DNA of 64,000 nucleotides from Bdellovibrionales bacterium (GTDB lineage Bacteria; Bdellovibrionota; Bdellovibrionia; Bdellovibrionales; UBA1609): NCBI GenBank assembly GCA_023299885.1, contig JALZUS010000012.1, positions 206 to 64,205 of the forward strand, read 5' to 3'. Shown piece by piece: positions 61,282 to 64,000 of this stretch (position 1 is its first letter; each line of letters starts with the position of its first letter). The notes under the pieces were generated by a model. It saw only the letters and a program-made list of their open reading frames with translations, ran no database searches and was not told where the DNA came from. The position numbers and the translations under genes were made by a program.

Positions 61282-62034
61282 TTGATTAATTTAAGGCTCG
61301 TTATTATTGATGAACCTATACATGTTGACGACCCTGAAGCCTGCGAGCTCTGGAGAAAAGCAATATGGTCTAAAGAAAAAGGCTACAGAAATCACTATAA
61401 AAGCACAATAATACCTGCCGGAGCTGACGACTTTATCGCTACACACCTTATTGTAGCTGACCAAAAACCTTCAGGGGAAATGATCCCTGTCGCTATGTAT
61501 AAGTCTCTTAGGCTATCACAAAGCTTAAAGTTTAATTTACCATTTGGAGCCCTTCAACTACTTAAAGGGACTCAGTACGAAAACTCTCGAGTTGTTAACT
61601 CACTAATAAAAGAAAATGGAGATATCTCATATGATTCATCTTGGACCATTAACCCTACCTACAAAATTAGCTCTAAATTAAGCCTAACAATAAGAGATTG
61701 CATGACAACATTAGCATGTAATTACCACTTATCTTTTGGCTTTAGTAGATGGATTGCTGCCGGGTCAAAACAATACAAAGTAGACCAGTATCTAAAGTGG
61801 CTGGGATGCGAAGAACTACTCCCCGAATTCAGCCTATCTATAATTGATGGTGCAGAAGTACAGATGATGTATCACCCAAATACAAAAAACCAAAATGAAT
61901 CCGTTTTAAGAGTAGCCGAAAAGTACCAATACCTATGGGATACAAGAATTTTATTTAAACCAACAAGCAATGCTACCGAAAAAGTTAACACTACCAATGA
62001 AAATAAAATAATTACTAAGAAAAAAGCAGCTTAA
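61282..62034 (+). CDS. hypothetical protein, weak resemblance to LuxI/FeeM-type GNAT-fold acyl synthases
   Basis: TTG at 61282 lies 6 nt after AGGAGG. WRKAIW..KGY…ADDFIATHLIV…MYKSLRL parallels the LuxI R..F…W…E.D.fD…R pattern. By eye only. Confidence 0.3.
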   Translation: MINLRLVIIDEPIHVDDPEACELWRKAIWSKEKGYRNHYKSTIIPAGADDFIATHLIVADQKPSGEMIPVAMYKSLRLSQSLKFNLPFGALQLLKGTQYENSRVVNSLIKENGDISYDSSWTINPTYKISSKLSLTIRDCMTTLACNYHLSFGFSRWIAAGSKQYKVDQYLKWLGCEELLPEFSLSIIDGAEVQMMYHPNTKNQNESVLRVAEKYQYLWDTRILFKPTSNATEKVNTTNENKIITKKKAA

Positions 62035-62043
62035 GGAGCTAAC

Positions 62044-62703
62044 ATGAAAAAAGAAGACTTCAAAAAAAACTTTGACCACTACCAAAAGCAAGTCTGCCAA
62101 GCTGTAGAAGAGTTTCCATGGGAAAATAAAGATGCTTACGCAAAATGGCTTGCTGACACCTATCACTATGTCACAAACTCAACACGTATTTTGGCTCTTG
62201 GAGCTGGAGTTATGCCGCAGCATCATACTTTATTTTCTAACCGATTTATTAAACACGCAGCAGAAGAGACAGGACATGAGCAACTACTTACAAGAGATAT
62301 TAAATCTTTAGGGTTTAATTTTAATACCGTTAGTGTTTCTACAGAAATGAAAGTCTTTTACCGCTCACTTTATTATTGGATTAGCCCTGCTGGAAACCCT
62401 GTGGGTCTACTCGGATGGATCTTAGCTTTAGAAGGTTTAGCCACTAATGTAGGAGGCTTTGCAAACCAACTCGCTGCAAAAAATCATACCAATAAAGCCA
62501 CTAATTTTTTAAGACTTCACTCTGATGAAGACCCCGAGCACCTAGAAAAAGCGCTTCAAATAACAAATATGCTTTCTGAAGACGAACTAGCTATAGTGAA
62601 TGAATCTATGGAATTCTATAGCCTACAGTATATAAATATTTTAAAAGCTATAGAAAAAAGTAGCCTAAAGAGTACTGAGATACTTCACAGGCAAGCAGGC
62701 TAA
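62044..62703 (+). CDS. heme-oxygenase-like fold iron-containing redox enzyme (HDO/PqqC/CADD-like)
   Basis: AAEETGHE (E..H) and LHSDEDPEH (H-x3-D-x2-H), consistent with diiron ligand sets. About 219 aa, helical. Confidence 0.6.
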   Translation: MKKEDFKKNFDHYQKQVCQAVEEFPWENKDAYAKWLADTYHYVTNSTRILALGAGVMPQHHTLFSNRFIKHAAEETGHEQLLTRDIKSLGFNFNTVSVSTEMKVFYRSLYYWISPAGNPVGLLGWILALEGLATNVGGFANQLAAKNHTNKATNFLRLHSDEDPEHLEKALQITNMLSEDELAIVNESMEFYSLQYINILKAIEKSSLKSTEILHRQAG

Positions 62704-62730
62704 ATATATCTAATTTATAATTTGCCATCA

Positions 62731-62766
62731 AAAAACCCCTTAGATATAAGCGTTTAAGGGGTTTTT
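62731..62766 (+). terminator. 12-bp hairpin plus T-run ending 1 nt before the next start codon (terminator or RBS-sequestering attenuator)
   Basis: AAAAACCCCTTA-gatataagcgtt-TAAGGGGTTTTT, then ATG at 62767. The AAGGGG SD lies inside the 3' arm. Confidence 0.6.
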
Positions 62767-63477
62767 ATGATTAAAGAACAATATAAATCAAGTACTCAAT
62801 TTTATAATAAATTTAAAATTATCACTGAATCTATTTCAAATAATTTTAACGATCACGGACTTAGCACTAGTCCCTATAGGCTTTCTGCTTTAGACACCTT
62901 TAACGAACTGTCAGATACACAAAAACAACAGTCAATTATTGATGGGGAAAAGTATTTAAACACTCAAAGCTATGCCAAATCTATGGGATGGACCGCTAAA
63001 GATGATATGCATTTTCTATGGAGCTCTTTTAAAAAATTAGGAATTAAACCAGCATCTGATTTTTTTAATTATATATCAAAAAATGACGCTATTGAAATTT
63101 ACAATTTAGACGGCATCCAAACATGGAGAAATCTTAGTTTTATGGAGATTTGCAATTACACAATAGAAGAAATGTTTTGCTATCCGTGGGAACAACGCTA
63201 TACAAGAAATAAAAAGGCATCAGAAGAAGCTCAAAAAACTATTGAAAAGCTTTTCATGCAAAGCACACCGAAAACTATCCAATGTAATATTCATAACATA
63301 CTTACAGAAACATTAAGCCTAGAAAAGTATATAATAGATACACTTCACAAAGCTGTTTCTATTATAACTGACGAAAATGGTACCCCTGTCGGCTTTGCTG
63401 TTAGCTCTAAGGTAAAGGTGATTGGTGCAGTTGATAGCCGTCCACACAACAAAAGACCAACTCTCACAATTGTATAA
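62767..63477 (+). CDS. hypothetical protein with a PAS-like segment
   Basis: DAIEIYNLDGIQTWRNLSFMEICNYTIEEMFCYPWEQRYTR resembles a PAS core. By eye only. Confidence 0.3.
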   Translation: MIKEQYKSSTQFYNKFKIITESISNNFNDHGLSTSPYRLSALDTFNELSDTQKQQSIIDGEKYLNTQSYAKSMGWTAKDDMHFLWSSFKKLGIKPASDFFNYISKNDAIEIYNLDGIQTWRNLSFMEICNYTIEEMFCYPWEQRYTRNKKASEEAQKTIEKLFMQSTPKTIQCNIHNILTETLSLEKYIIDTLHKAVSIITDENGTPVGFAVSSKVKVIGAVDSRPHNKRPTLTIV

Positions 63478-63480
63478 GCT

Positions 63481-63966
63481 TTATTTAGCTGACAAATATC
63501 TGCTTCCATTAACTTCATAGCTAAAAACTATTTCCACTTCGCTACGATTAATTTCAGCAACAGGAGTATGGCCTCCAATAAGCTGGCTCCAAAACTTAAA
63601 CATGCCTTTTCTTACAGTTACTTCTGACAAATTATAACTCCATAGTTTGTCAATTTTTGAAAGCTCAAGAAGGTTCTCATCTTTATGCATGCCCTTATTT
63701 TTTTCTAAAAACATAGTGAAACTTTTAATAAATACGTTAATGTTAGGCGACTTTACACCCTCATCCATTAACAATTTTCTTACAAAAAATATAAAATTAC
63801 GCTCACCAAGATAACTAAAAACTGCTGGATAGTTTTTCTTAAATAAGTCTATATTTAAATTAAATATATTATTTTTATACACCCTAAGGTTTAACATTGA
63901 GTCTTCTGGTGATAACGAAGTGATCTCTTCAGATATACCATCTAATATATCTTTATAGTCCACCAA
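63481..63966 (-). CDS. DUF2063-family protein (HvfC/BufC-like partner of DUF692/MNIO enzymes)
   Basis: LRVYKNNIF…L..NYPAVFSYLGERNFIFFVRKLL matches the family's VYRNN…P.v..lvG...F N-terminal pattern. TTG 63966 or GTG 63963 start. Confidence 0.55.
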   Translation of the reverse strand: MVDYKDILDGISEEITSLSPEDSMLNLRVYKNNIFNLNIDLFKKNYPAVFSYLGERNFIFFVRKLLMDEGVKSPNINVFIKSFTMFLEKNKGMHKDENLLELSKIDKLWSYNLSEVTVRKGMFKFWSQLIGGHTPVAEINRSEVEIVFSYEVNGSRYLSAK

Positions 63967-64000
63967 TACCCTCTTTAAGCCTAAGGCGCTCTTCTTCTAG
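63953..64000 (-). CDS. 3' end of an upstream minus-strand gene (partial), presumed DUF692/MNIO by synteny only
   Basis: It is the only open minus-strand frame at the window edge and reads …LEEERLRLKEGIGGL*. Its stop overlaps the DUF2063 start by 14 nt. Confidence 0.3.
   Translation of the reverse strand, partial: LEEERLRLKEGIGGL

Overview
AT-rich (about 37-38% GC by eye), densely packed chromosomal window from a Gram-negative aerobe. Lipoproteins, a TonB-dependent receptor and a caa3-type oxidase support this. My guess at taxon is a Bdellovibrio-and-like or Bacteriovoracaceae-type organism, which is inference only.

I count about 70 protein genes and one RNase P RNA (rnpB, minus strand, about 56410..56745). 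I saw no rRNA, tRNA, CRISPR array, transposase, integrase or phage genes.

Housekeeping blocks:
- GDPD plus a TRAP transporter (1.1-4.6 kb)
- ahpCF (17.5-19.7 kb)
- a photolyase/cryptochrome cluster (20.9-25.4 kb)
- FAH/maiA (35.9-37.6 kb)
- a caa3 cytochrome oxidase operon with SCO and cytochrome c (38.2-43.1 kb)
- secA, trmL, glnB-glnA (43.9-49.0 kb)
- a liuBCDE-like leucine catabolism operon with a split MCCase alpha subunit (49.7-54.8 kb)

Accessory-looking parts:
1. 25.6-38.1 kb holds many signal-peptide proteins of unknown function. Four operons there carry near-identical sigma-54-type TGGCAT-N5-TTGCT promoters. The same region has an operon encoding a secreted Fic-domain protein.
2. 57.3-60.7 kb has a TonB receptor flanked by two convergent Cys-rich paralogs.
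3. The right end (60.7-64.0 kb) has an XRE regulator, a LuxI/FeeM-like protein, a heme-oxygenase-like diiron oxidase with an exact H-x3-D-x2-H motif and a PAS-like protein. These run into the tail of a DUF2063 (plus presumed DUF692/MNIO) RiPP-type operon that continues off-window.

The right-end cassette is my best candidate for an undescribed small-molecule system. All family calls come from motif recognition by eye, and no searches were run.
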